Source: Nitrospinaceae bacterium
GTDB taxonomy: Bacteria; Nitrospinota; Nitrospinia; Nitrospinales; VA-1
Direction: 5' to 3'
Assembly (NCBI GenBank): GCA_029261455.1
Contig: JAJDBH010000210.1
Coordinates: 136 to 64,135 of the forward strand
DNA length: 64,000 nucleotides
Each line of letters starts with the position of its first letter. Within the stretch, counting starts at the first letter, position 1. The translations under genes and the position numbers were made by a program. A model generated the notes under the pieces. It made no database searches, was not told the DNA's origin, and saw only the letters and a list, made by a program, of their open reading frames with translations. Positions 20,204-29,782 of the stretch are shown piece by piece.

Positions 20204-20577
20204 CTTTCCATCCTAAAAGATTTTCCGACAAATCCGCCAACCCTACCCTCAAAAATTTCCTACAATTTTAAACAGCACATAGCCGACTGATTTAATTTTG
20301 GAAATTATGAAAATCATCTATATAAACGGTATCAACACGACAGAGGAAGAAACCCGAGGTCAAGTCGCTTAGCTTACCGAGGGGTCAAGTCCATTCTTGC
20401 CTACAACTTCTCTTGAGCGAGAAAATGCCGGTACGCGATAAGACCAATATCTACTTTATCCTCTTGAGAATATATTACAAGGGATACTATCTGGAGTTAT
20501 TTGGTTTAGCGAAAGGTAAATCACCCCAGCCCTTGTGATATTTTTTCTTCAGCCTTCATGCCCGGAACGGGTTCTTT

Positions 20578-20610
20578 AAAAAAGAGGGGTCACTTGAAGC
20601 TCCCCCTTTT
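20578..20610 (-). terminator. Probable intrinsic terminator of the FG-GAP gene
   Basis: Minus strand AAAAGGGGG...CCCCTCTTTT stem followed by a T run. Confidence 0.55.
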
Positions 20611-21790
20611 ACGAAGGAGATTGGGGCACTTTGGGTTGAGGAAGGTCCGGCTTGGGATTGATCATGTTTTTTTTGCTGAGGATATCTATAAGGTTTTTAT
20701 CTCGGCTGGAAACGGCAATGTCTGGCAAACCATCGCCATTAAAATCTGCCACCGCCATACCTTGCGGATGTTCATCGACCTGGTGATAGATAGGAGGGTA
20801 GGTGAAGGTTCCATCTCCTCTGCCAAGAGAGACACTGATATGGTCATCTGTGGAGTTGGATACGGCTATGTCCTGTAAACCATCGCCGGTAAAATCAGCC
20901 GCAACAACAAATTTAGGGAAATTGCCCGAGGCGAAATCCCGTAAGGAAGTAAAAGTCTTATCTCCGTTGTTCACCAGCGTAGTCAAAGCATGTAAAGAGT
21001 TGCTGGAAGTTACAAATTCCATCAATCCATCATTGTTCACATCCAGACTCACAAGCGAGAGAGGCTGTTTGCCTCCCTTAAAGGCTTTTGAGCCCTCAAA
21101 TTTACCATCGCCCTTGCCCCAGAGAACCTGAACGCCCTTGTTGCCATTACCGGCTAAAGCCACTGCCACATCTACCTTGCCATCTTGATTATAATCTCCG
21201 ACGACAACCGCAGTTGGCTGGCCCTTAACATCCATGGAATAAGGTTCTTTAAAAAAGCCATTACCTTTTCCCAGGGTCACAACCACCTTCGAAAAACGCA
21301 TGGTGACAACCAAGTCGATTTTTCCGTCAGAGTTAAAATCTCCAGAGGCCATGTTGATGGGAATTTTGCCCGGCTTAATAAGCTGAGCTGTTCTCTGAAA
21401 ACTTCCCAATCGTGTATTCAAAAAAACCTGAATGGACTGATCAGCATAATTGAGTTCAGCGATGTCGGTGTAACCGTCATCGTTAAAATCGCCTGAAACC
21501 AGACAAATGGGATCTCGACCCGTCTGATAAACAAGCTGATCCTTGAAAGTTCCATCGCCGATTCCCTTAAAAAACGAGAAGGAATGATCACCGCTATTGG
21601 CTACGACCAAGTCCGGAATTTTGTCGCGGTTAAAGTCATCGGTAATGAGAAAGGACGGCTCTTTTCCTGTCTCCATGGTATAGCTCAGAGCAAAAATGCG
21701 AGGCATTTTTTTTCGGGCCTTTTGCGGCGGGGGGCAACCCAGCAGGGCAAAAACCATCAGGAACACAATTATTGGATAATGTCTTTTCAT
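20609..21790 (-). CDS. FG-GAP/VCBS repeat beta-propeller lipoprotein
   Basis: Seven DFNxDGxxD-type repeats; lipobox LLGC; start MKRHY. Confidence 0.9.
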   Translation of the reverse strand: MKRHYPIIVFLMVFALLGCPPPQKARKKMPRIFALSYTMETGKEPSFLITDDFNRDKIPDLVVANSGDHSFSFFKGIGDGTFKDQLVYQTGRDPICLVSGDFNDDGYTDIAELNYADQSIQVFLNTRLGSFQRTAQLIKPGKIPINMASGDFNSDGKIDLVVTMRFSKVVVTLGKGNGFFKEPYSMDVKGQPTAVVVGDYNQDGKVDVAVALAGNGNKGVQVLWGKGDGKFEGSKAFKGGKQPLSLVSLDVNNDGLMEFVTSSNSLHALTTLVNNGDKTFTSLRDFASGNFPKFVVAADFTGDGLQDIAVSNSTDDHISVSLGRGDGTFTYPPIYHQVDEHPQGMAVADFNGDGLPDIAVSSRDKNLIDILSKKNMINPKPDLPQPKVPQSPS

Positions 21791-21910
21791 GGAGCTCCAT
21801 AGGCAAAAAAAGAGCGTATCACAGGAGTCTTGGGGAAACAACGTCACAAAGCCGGACTGGCACTTTTGGAAGGGATATGCGCCTCTTGGCATAACACAAA
21901 ATGCCCAACT

Positions 21911-23443
21911 CTAGGGTGCAGATATTTGCAAACTCTTTTTCTTAAAAAATTCCAACATGCCTTTGAATATATAAGAGTGAAAATTTGATAGAACCACCCA
22001 ATAAAGATTTCCCCAAAAGGGTTTGGGAATAAAATGTGCTCGTAACGTCAAATGAGTTCCTCCGTTTTGATCAGAGTCGAGTTGAAACTGGAGCCAGGAC
22101 AAGCCGGGTGTGATCATTTCTGCTCTCAATAATAGTTCTTGATTGGGTTCCAGCTTTTCTACCCGCCAAAAGTCTACCGAGTCCCCAACACGCAGATGGG
22201 CTGGGTCGCGCCGCCCCCTATGCAATCCCACTCCCCCCAGAAGCCGGTCAATGAGGCCACGGATTTCCCAAAGGAAATTGGCATGATTCCAGCCATGCTT
22301 GCCGCCGATCTGACAAACTACCGGGAACACCTGCTCTGGAGTTGCAGGAATATCTATTCCATGCTCTTCAATGATAAATTCTGAAGACTCAAATTGGCAT
22401 AGAGGCAAAAGGTCGCTCATATTCTCAGGTGGCACATCACTCCAATGTGAAAACACCATCGAACGTTTTTCCTTCTCCTGCGCCCATTGAACTGCGGTCA
22501 CAAAATCCAGGGTCTTAAAGGGAAGGATAGTTGAAATTTCATTATCCTCACACACCACATCGGTTTTAAGACTATCCAACAAAAGGTAAGTAATGTTTAC
22601 CGGTATGGAAATAAAACAATTGAGCCAGTAAGCATAAAGTCGACACAACAAGTCAACAGGGATGGGGAGCAACGAAACATCAATAAAGTGAACCCGTCGA
22701 TTCAATATTTTGGCAAAGCTCAAAATCATTTCTTTGTATGTCAGCACATCTTTGCCGCCAATCTGGAAAACACGTGTCCCCAAACCCGGTGTTTCCATAA
22801 CACCCACCAGATATTTGATCACATCCCGAATCGCGATCGGCTGGCACACAGAATTAAACTCTGACAAAAATGGAATGAAACGGTTGTTCAGAGTCAGAGA
22901 TTTCATCAATTCATAAGAGGCGCTGCCGGTGCCAAGGATGATCGCCGCCCGAACCCGGATTACCGGGATATTCCCTTGCGACAATATATTCCCGACCTCT
23001 CTCCGACTTCTCAAGTGCGAGGACATGCGATCATTTTTTTCTCCCAGCCCTCCCAGATAAATGATCCGTTTCACACCATGTTGTTCTGCCGATTCTCGAA
23101 AGTTTTTCGCAGCCAACTGATCCTTGGCCACAAACTCTTCCTTCTTCGACCTCATGCTATGAATCAGGTAATAGGCATGGTCAACACCCTGCAAGGCGGG
23201 AAGCAACTCTTCCATATTCAAACAATCAGCATATACATGCTCGATACGAGGATGAGTTAAAAGTGGAGGGCAATTATTGTTCCTATACATGCACCGGACG
23301 ATATAACCCCGTGACACCAACTCGGGGATCAATCGATGTGCCACATATCCATTTGCCCCGGTTACAAGAACCCGGGTTCCCTCAGGCAAGGGGTTGGTAG
23401 AAAGATCATCACAATAATGATAGTTAACCTTTTCAGGATCCAT
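21911..23443 (-). CDS. Atypical SDR oxidoreductase with C-terminal DUF2867 (YbjT-like)
   Basis: VTGANGYV, YYLIHSM, HLRSR, DFWRVE..LLLRAEM. Confidence 0.85.
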   Translation of the reverse strand: MDPEKVNYHYCDDLSTNPLPEGTRVLVTGANGYVAHRLIPELVSRGYIVRCMYRNNNCPPLLTHPRIEHVYADCLNMEELLPALQGVDHAYYLIHSMRSKKEEFVAKDQLAAKNFRESAEQHGVKRIIYLGGLGEKNDRMSSHLRSRREVGNILSQGNIPVIRVRAAIILGTGSASYELMKSLTLNNRFIPFLSEFNSVCQPIAIRDVIKYLVGVMETPGLGTRVFQIGGKDVLTYKEMILSFAKILNRRVHFIDVSLLPIPVDLLCRLYAYWLNCFISIPVNITYLLLDSLKTDVVCEDNEISTILPFKTLDFVTAVQWAQEKEKRSMVFSHWSDVPPENMSDLLPLCQFESSEFIIEEHGIDIPATPEQVFPVVCQIGGKHGWNHANFLWEIRGLIDRLLGGVGLHRGRRDPAHLRVGDSVDFWRVEKLEPNQELLLRAEMITPGLSWLQFQLDSDQNGGTHLTLRAHFIPKPFWGNLYWVVLSNFHSYIFKGMLEFFKKKSLQISAP

Positions 23444-23481
23444 ACCTGAAATATATCCTAAACTGCAGACTTAGCAACCCC

Positions 23482-23560
23482 CCACTCGGCGTGGGGCCAA
23501 CTGGCAATAGCGTTTATGTGATAGCAATGGGGTGTCTCGGCTTAATGAGTTTTAGCCTTG
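23482..23560 (+). repeat. Dispersed ~80-bp repeat, copy 3
   Basis: CCACTCGGCGTGGGGCCAACTGGCAATAG...GTCTCGGCTTAAT. Confidence 0.8.
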
Positions 23561-23600
23561 TTCTTCATAGACTGCAGAAGAAAATGGTCAAAAATGCTGT

Positions 23601-25421
23601 TTATTCTGGCAGTTGCATAATGGGCGTGTAGGGACGCAGAAGTTTTCGAGTCCACCAGGAGTTGTCTCGGTTGCGGATTTCAGAGTCTGTAAACTTGTAA
23701 TCATAAACCACCGCCTGCAAGTATTTTGGAGGACTATTTGAGAAGGGATTTTTTTCAAGCAATGCAATCACTTTAGGGGAACCTTGTAATAGACGGGTCA
23801 TGAACTGGATCAGCCAAGGGTTCCTTTCATAATTGCTGAGAGCGGCGAACCACATTTGCCAGTCCAGCCGGGGTTGGTATGGAGCGACATATTTCAGTTT
23901 TTTTGTCACATCACCGGGTTTCCATTTGAATTCATACGGAAGCCAGTTTGCTCGATCGTCACTTCCCAGAATAATGATTTCCGGTCTTGATGTGGTCATC
24001 ACCGCGAACAATCCGTAAGAATTAAAGATGCGAAAGGGACTTATAGTTTTAGCGATGGAAACATAAATTGAGGGGTAGTTGGTTGTGAGAAGGGGAACTG
24101 CATAAAGCATACTGCAAAACCCTAACACCCCGGCTTTAATAAAAAACCTTTTCTTTAAAACAAAAACCGAGGTTTTATTTTTATCCCCTTTAGTTGGTAG
24201 CCACCTTGAAAACACCGAGTCATCCAGCAAAAGCAGACACAGGGCAATGGTCAACAAGTTAAAGAAACCATAATTACCGGTAATGCTAATCAACACATCA
24301 AGAAAAACCAGCGCAGCACAACCCATATAACGAATGCGCCGGGGACCAAAAATCAGAAACACGGCACCGAGTTGAATGATAAAAACACTCGCTACTGAAA
24401 ACTCATGGAACCCGTGAGGCAATTGGTGCGCATACCACCCAAGCCAGGTCGGAAGAGGTTGGGTTTCATAATGGTAATAGAGTGCTGTCAAATCACGCCA
24501 AGTGGGATCATGACTGAGAAGCTTGACCAATCCCGAAGAAAAAACCACACGGAACAACAGAAACCGAAACAGAAACAGAACAAACCATGACGGCGGACGC
24601 TCATGCATACGTCTCCGCCAAGAAACCAGAAAAAGTGATAGAAATCCCGTTTCAAGAAGAAGAGTATCCCACTGAAAACCTAAAAACGGTTGGGCCACAT
24701 GGAAAATGGAAAGATAACAAACCCACGTCAGCAATAGTGCCCAGCCCGCAAAAAAATTGGCTATGACCATTAAAGAGGCCCCAGCACCAAGCAGACAAAT
24801 CGCCTGTAAAAATCCATCTCCGGCGTTAAACCAGAACAGGGTGGGCACTTGCCAGAAGCGTTCGGAGCCCCATTGGGTTTCAGCATTATTCAAATAAAGC
24901 TCAGCCGGGAGAATACCGGCTTGCCCAACCAGCCCTTCGATTTGATTCCACAGAGAACCAAAAGCTAGCAGATAAACAAACCCCAGAAGAAAAAGAAACA
25001 CTCGCCGGGTCAGAAACCAAGTGGGAATTTGCGTGGAACCTCCCCAAACCCAACGGGTGACCGCACTGAAAATTTTTCGGTTTTCCGCAACTTGCCTGTA
25101 ACCCCATTCTGAAACTGGGGCAAACCCCGGTACCTTCTCATAAGCTCTGAGAAACCATTTTCCATTAGGAGCAAATGCCAGTGTCTTGAAAACGGCTTGA
25201 GCCCCTGAACAAAAACTTCCATCCGAGGTAACGAAATAAACCGAGGATTCGAACTGTTCAGGAGAAATCTGTGGATAGTTTTCGGCTACGTCATGAGAGG
25301 GGTGATAAATCACAGCATCTTGTGTAAAGGGACTCCAGCGCGATATCCATAAACGGCAAAACCCGCAATCATCATCATAGATCAAAACTGGTTTATCGTT
25401 TTTTGTAGGCATGTTTTCCAT
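23601..25421 (-). CDS. Lipase maturation factor family membrane protein with N-terminal DCC1-like (DUF393) thiol-disulfide domain
   Basis: YDDDCGFC; FQWDTLLLETGF, YHYETQPLP, SYGLFAVMT, PYQPRLDWQMWFAAL; start approximate. Confidence 0.9.
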   Translation of the reverse strand: MENMPTKNDKPVLIYDDDCGFCRLWISRWSPFTQDAVIYHPSHDVAENYPQISPEQFESSVYFVTSDGSFCSGAQAVFKTLAFAPNGKWFLRAYEKVPGFAPVSEWGYRQVAENRKIFSAVTRWVWGGSTQIPTWFLTRRVFLFLLGFVYLLAFGSLWNQIEGLVGQAGILPAELYLNNAETQWGSERFWQVPTLFWFNAGDGFLQAICLLGAGASLMVIANFFAGWALLLTWVCYLSIFHVAQPFLGFQWDTLLLETGFLSLFLVSWRRRMHERPPSWFVLFLFRFLLFRVVFSSGLVKLLSHDPTWRDLTALYYHYETQPLPTWLGWYAHQLPHGFHEFSVASVFIIQLGAVFLIFGPRRIRYMGCAALVFLDVLISITGNYGFFNLLTIALCLLLLDDSVFSRWLPTKGDKNKTSVFVLKKRFFIKAGVLGFCSMLYAVPLLTTNYPSIYVSIAKTISPFRIFNSYGLFAVMTTSRPEIIILGSDDRANWLPYEFKWKPGDVTKKLKYVAPYQPRLDWQMWFAALSNYERNPWLIQFMTRLLQGSPKVIALLEKNPFSNSPPKYLQAVVYDYKFTDSEIRNRDNSWWTRKLLRPYTPIMQLPE

Positions 25422-25631
25422 AGAGTATTGTGTAGAATCCTTTAAATTCCCTCGTTTTTGACGCTTCAATCATTATAACCCTAAATGGTAAGCCACTTTT
25501 CTTCGAAAATTGACGGTTCTGGCTTGCGTTCCGAGCCAAGCTGAGATAGTTTCTCTACTTTACCCGTCAAATATAGTATCTAATTATAGAATGCCTTTAA
25601 AAGCATCTTTGATCGTTTTAGGAAGGATTCA

Positions 25632-27170
25632 ATGGCTGACTTTACACGCGAAGAAATTGAAGAGAAGTTAGAAGAGTATGTCGAACTGCTTGCGGCCCGG
25701 GAAGAAGAGGAAGACGAGTTCATAGATGAGCCCGAAGAGGAAATCCAAGCCGCTATCAGCGAAGCACCTGTTGGCGAAGAAGAGGAAAACCCAGACGGCA
25801 AGGATGAAGCTATTGAGGAAGTCGCTGAAGAAGCCCTCGTAGCAGTCGTTGAGGAAGAAGAACTCGGCTTGGAAAACATATTTGATGAGAAAGACCTATC
25901 CGAACTGGACCTATCTGGAATTGACTTTCATGGTATCAGCCTGCAAAAAACCAATTTCAAGAACACCAATCTCTCTAATAGCACTCTCGCGGAATCGAAC
26001 ATGGACCAGGCTAATCTGGATCAGGCCAACCTCAGCGATGCGGATATGGAAAACATAAGCTGTCTGGAAGGGGTAATGACCCACGCTAATATGGAGGCTA
26101 CAAACCTTCAAGGGGCCAAGCTCCTGGGAACCGATTTCAGTGAATCTAATCTGGAAAGGGCCAATTTTAGAAGGTCCAAGTCCATGGATAGCAAACTGGT
26201 CAAATGTAATCTTAGCGATACTGATTTCAGCAGTTCCGATTTCTCACGTGCAAACTTGACCGATGCCAAAATCACCGATAGCGACTTGAGCCGAGCCCGG
26301 TTTAATAATGCTGTTTTTGAGAGGACTGATTTCACCGATTCCCGGTTGAGCATGGGAGTCTTTTTTGAGGCTGACTTTAAAAATGCAAACCTCAACCGTG
26401 CCTTGATAAAAGGAGCTAAGCTCGCAGGAGGAAACTTCACCGATGCCAATCTTGCACGGGCTGATATCACCGGAGCTGACCTCACAGATGCACGCTTTCA
26501 TAACTCAGACTTGAGCCGCGCTAAATTAAATGGTGCCATACTGAGAAGAACGGACCTTAAAGATTCCGACTTGTCCGAAGCAGATATAAATCTCGCAGAC
26601 CTGACCGGTGCAAACCTGGTTGGAGCTAAATTGTCTGGGGCAAATTTAGACCGTATCAAATTAAATCAAGCCAAGTTAAATGGTGCGCAATTAAGTGGGG
26701 CCAGAATGACCAAGGCCAAGTTAACCCAAGTAGATTTGACCAAGGCAGATTTGAGCGGGGCTAACCTGACAGGAGCTGAGTTAAACGAGGCCATACTTGA
26801 AGGGGCTGATCTTAGTAGAGCTAATTTAACAGAAGCCATCTTGAAAAATACGAACTTGAAAAACACGTTCCTGATTGGAGCAAATCTGCAAAAAGCAAAT
26901 CTAGAAGGAGCAAATCTGGAAGGTGCAGACTTGGCAGGAACAAAACTTAGGAAGGCCACTTTACAAAATGCTAACTTGAAACAAGTAGATCTACGGCGAT
27001 CTGATTTGGAGCATGCTGATTTCTCTAAAGCAAAGCTGAACTCTGCAAATTTCACAGGAGCAAAGATGAGTGAAAGCCTGTTCATAGGTGCAGACCTGAC
27101 AGGAGCCAAAATGGACTCTGCCGACACCACAGACACCCAGTTTGAAGGAGCCATCGGGTTTAAGGCCTAG
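25632..27170 (+). CDS. Pentapeptide repeat protein with Glu-rich N-terminus
   Basis: About 420 aa of A(D/N)LxxA-type repeats after a highly acidic ~85-aa leader. Confidence 0.93.
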   Translation: MADFTREEIEEKLEEYVELLAAREEEEDEFIDEPEEEIQAAISEAPVGEEEENPDGKDEAIEEVAEEALVAVVEEEELGLENIFDEKDLSELDLSGIDFHGISLQKTNFKNTNLSNSTLAESNMDQANLDQANLSDADMENISCLEGVMTHANMEATNLQGAKLLGTDFSESNLERANFRRSKSMDSKLVKCNLSDTDFSSSDFSRANLTDAKITDSDLSRARFNNAVFERTDFTDSRLSMGVFFEADFKNANLNRALIKGAKLAGGNFTDANLARADITGADLTDARFHNSDLSRAKLNGAILRRTDLKDSDLSEADINLADLTGANLVGAKLSGANLDRIKLNQAKLNGAQLSGARMTKAKLTQVDLTKADLSGANLTGAELNEAILEGADLSRANLTEAILKNTNLKNTFLIGANLQKANLEGANLEGADLAGTKLRKATLQNANLKQVDLRRSDLEHADFSKAKLNSANFTGAKMSESLFIGADLTGAKMDSADTTDTQFEGAIGFKA

Positions 27171-27367
27171 CCTACCTCAAAATGTTTGCGCCTTTTATCG
27201 TGCGCCCCTGAACTGGCATTCCTGCTCCCCATATCCCAACATTTAAATGATTCTGGCTACTGTCAAAATTTATATCGATTTTGGCTTTGACTCCTGACCG
27301 CAAATCGTTTACCTCTAGAACATAGACTCCATTAACAGTTGCAATGTAAATCAAATTAAATAGAACT

Positions 27368-27727
27368 ATGCTCAAATCCACTCTGTTAGCCAGCTTATTT
27401 CTCTCACTAACTCTCAACTTTGCTCACGCAAGTGCTTTAGAAAGTGCCCTGATTAAGGGAGTGAAGTTTCTCGATGATGTCCCCGAAGTAGAGTGGTATC
27501 GGGTGGATGGAAATACCCTGGTCATAGGGTGGAAAGGTATCCCAAGGTTTTTCACTCGTACTAACCGAAAAGCCGCAATACGAGGAACTATAACTACAGG
27601 CAAGAAAGTCAAGGTCTGGGCTGTTCGACATAATCAAAAAAAGTGGGCCATTGGAAAAGGGCAATCCTTTATCTGCTCTGTTTCAGCAAAAAATGGGCGG
27701 GTGAAAACCGATACATGCCCCGATTGA
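27368..27727 (+). CDS. Hypothetical exported protein
   Basis: Signal peptide ending AHA; two C-terminal Cys. Confidence 0.7.
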   Translation: MLKSTLLASLFLSLTLNFAHASALESALIKGVKFLDDVPEVEWYRVDGNTLVIGWKGIPRFFTRTNRKAAIRGTITTGKKVKVWAVRHNQKKWAIGKGQSFICSVSAKNGRVKTDTCPD

Positions 27728-27860
27728 AAAAATCCTTTTTTACTCCTCATTTGTCCTTATAATTTTTCCTGTTATTTTAATATTCTTCTCTAATTTTTTA
27801 AGACTTCCAGAAATATTTTGCATCTAAGAAGGGTATCAATAAATATGGGGGGCAAATATA

Positions 27861-28028
27861 ATGAAAATTCGTTCTTTTCACAATAATGGCTATGCCAGAA
27901 TCAGGGCTCGCCCCCTCACCCTTAAAGAGGTTCTCAGGCTAAGAGACAGAATGGAAACCTCAAGAAACCAGCCCTACCAGATACAAAAAACCGCCAATAA
28001 TGAAAAAATTCTATTGGCCTTAAACTAA
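27861..28028 (+). CDS. Possible 55-aa basic small protein (not in ORF track)
   Basis: Open frame MKIRSFHNNG...LLALN with a G-rich RBS-like run upstream. Confidence 0.3.
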   Translation: MKIRSFHNNGYARIRARPLTLKEVLRLRDRMETSRNQPYQIQKTANNEKILLALN

Positions 28029-28093
28029 TTTTTTATCCCCCCTACACACACTAACCAAATACCCACTATTGAACCCTAGGTAGATTCTCACTC

Positions 28094-28300
28094 ATGGAAA
28101 AACTCGAAGCTGTACAGAAGGTGTTACGATTCAGCCATCCTACAAGGGACTGGTGCGAAGGTGACCATGGTGTCTATTTTGATGATTTCGACGAGCAAAA
28201 TGTGGATGACTATAACCCTGGCGGATATGGGGATATCGCCGATGAGATTATAGAACGCGGTATCTCGGAAGACCTTCTAGAAGAAGATGAAATAGAATAA
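28094..28300 (+). CDS. Small acidic hypothetical protein
   Basis: 68-aa ORF with protein-like, D/E-rich composition. Confidence 0.65.
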   Translation: MEKLEAVQKVLRFSHPTRDWCEGDHGVYFDDFDEQNVDDYNPGGYGDIADEIIERGISEDLLEEDEIE

Positions 28301-28472
28301 CAACTTGTGGATAAATAACTACTCACCTCGTTTCGAATCCAACAAAAATTAATATCAGGTAATCTCTACACAAAACCTATGTTTACACTTAGCCCTAAAC
28401 TTAACACGATCGTAACAGTAGAAGTGGAAATAACGGATGACCTTTAATTCATATTAGATTACAATTATTAAT

Positions 28473-29465
28473 ATGAGCTCATCATTTCTAAGCAAAAAGG
28501 CCTTGGTCATTGACAACTCGTCAATTATCACCAAGATCATCAAAAATTTCCTGACCAAAACCGGTTTCGAAAAGGGCAATATTTTTGTCGCCCATGACAA
28601 AAATCAAGCCATGATGATGTTCGAACTTGAGACGTTTGACTTAGTCACTTCGGGCATACACCTAAAAGACTCCAACGGAATTGACCTGCTCCAGGAAATC
28701 CGTGAAAAAGCTACTAATACAGAAGAAACAATTCCTTTTTTGATTATCAGCTCCGAAGACCAGGAAACCTATCAAGAGAAACTGGACGCGCACCAAGCCA
28801 CTCAATATTTAAGAAAGCCCTTCAATCAGAACCAGTTTGAACAAACGATCTGTAGCATCTTAAACGGCACCAGTGAGCAAGAACCTGAAGAAGCTAAACC
28901 TTCAGAACCGACCTCAACTCAAGACTCCTCATGGGAAGAATCTCCTGTTGAAATCCCCCCATCAATCGTTGAAGCATTTACTAACAGCACGATTGAAGCC
29001 TTGGAACAATATATGACTGAAGCAATCCCAGAGGTCTCCAAAGGTTCTGTTGAGTTAAAGGGGTATTTCAGTGCCTGGGTAGATCTTGTAGAAGCTGACA
29101 GCCGAATACAGATAACTATGGTTGCAAACTTTCCCAAAGAGGCCGCTTGCAGCATTTATGAAGATATATTTGGGGAAGTTGATATAGAGCAGGTAGGCGG
29201 CGTCGTTCAAGAATTGGTAAATATTATTGGGGGTATCGTCAAACCCAAAATCTCACCATTTTCCAGCGAAATAGCACAGTTAGTTCCACAGTCAGAAAAT
29301 TCACTGGGAGAAATTGAAATGGTTTGGGACCTTGGTCTTCCAGAAGCCAAGATGGGTGATGACCATTCTCAGGATATAAAACTCAATGGAGTTCCTAAAT
29401 TTCATGTCCCATTTAAAGTCAAAGACGATGTCTTTCATCTTGTAGTGCTGATACAAAAGTTTTGA
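28473..29465 (+). CDS. Receiver-domain / CheX-like phosphatase fusion
   Basis: N-terminal REC fold (LVIDNS...YLRKPF); C-terminal ELVNIIGG (ExxN). Confidence 0.78.
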   Translation: MSSSFLSKKALVIDNSSIITKIIKNFLTKTGFEKGNIFVAHDKNQAMMMFELETFDLVTSGIHLKDSNGIDLLQEIREKATNTEETIPFLIISSEDQETYQEKLDAHQATQYLRKPFNQNQFEQTICSILNGTSEQEPEEAKPSEPTSTQDSSWEESPVEIPPSIVEAFTNSTIEALEQYMTEAIPEVSKGSVELKGYFSAWVDLVEADSRIQITMVANFPKEAACSIYEDIFGEVDIEQVGGVVQELVNIIGGIVKPKISPFSSEIAQLVPQSENSLGEIEMVWDLGLPEAKMGDDHSQDIKLNGVPKFHVPFKVKDDVFHLVVLIQKF

Positions 29466-29782
29466 TGCCTGATTTTGCAGAAGTATAAGACTCACTCAGC
29501 TTCAATCACAACCACACGTTTCTCACTCCACTCTAAATCCCACGGCAACAGCTACGCAGCAATAGTTGTCACTCAAAACCCTTTATATCAATATGTTATA
29601 TAGCAATATCCTTAAAAATAGCCGGTTTCTCTGTAAGGGTTTTTCATAAATAACGACAAAGACTTCTATATGTAAGGGATTTTATATAGAATGGCCTAGC
29701 AAGAATAAAGCCAGCATAGCAGGGTCTCCAATTTCGTGGTAAGGACTGCTTTTTGCGCTTAGAAATTTTCAGGAGATAAATA

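Noticed and set aside
25580..27154. Antisense ORFs within the pentapeptide gene
   Set aside because: They are artefacts of repetitive codon usage on the coding strand.
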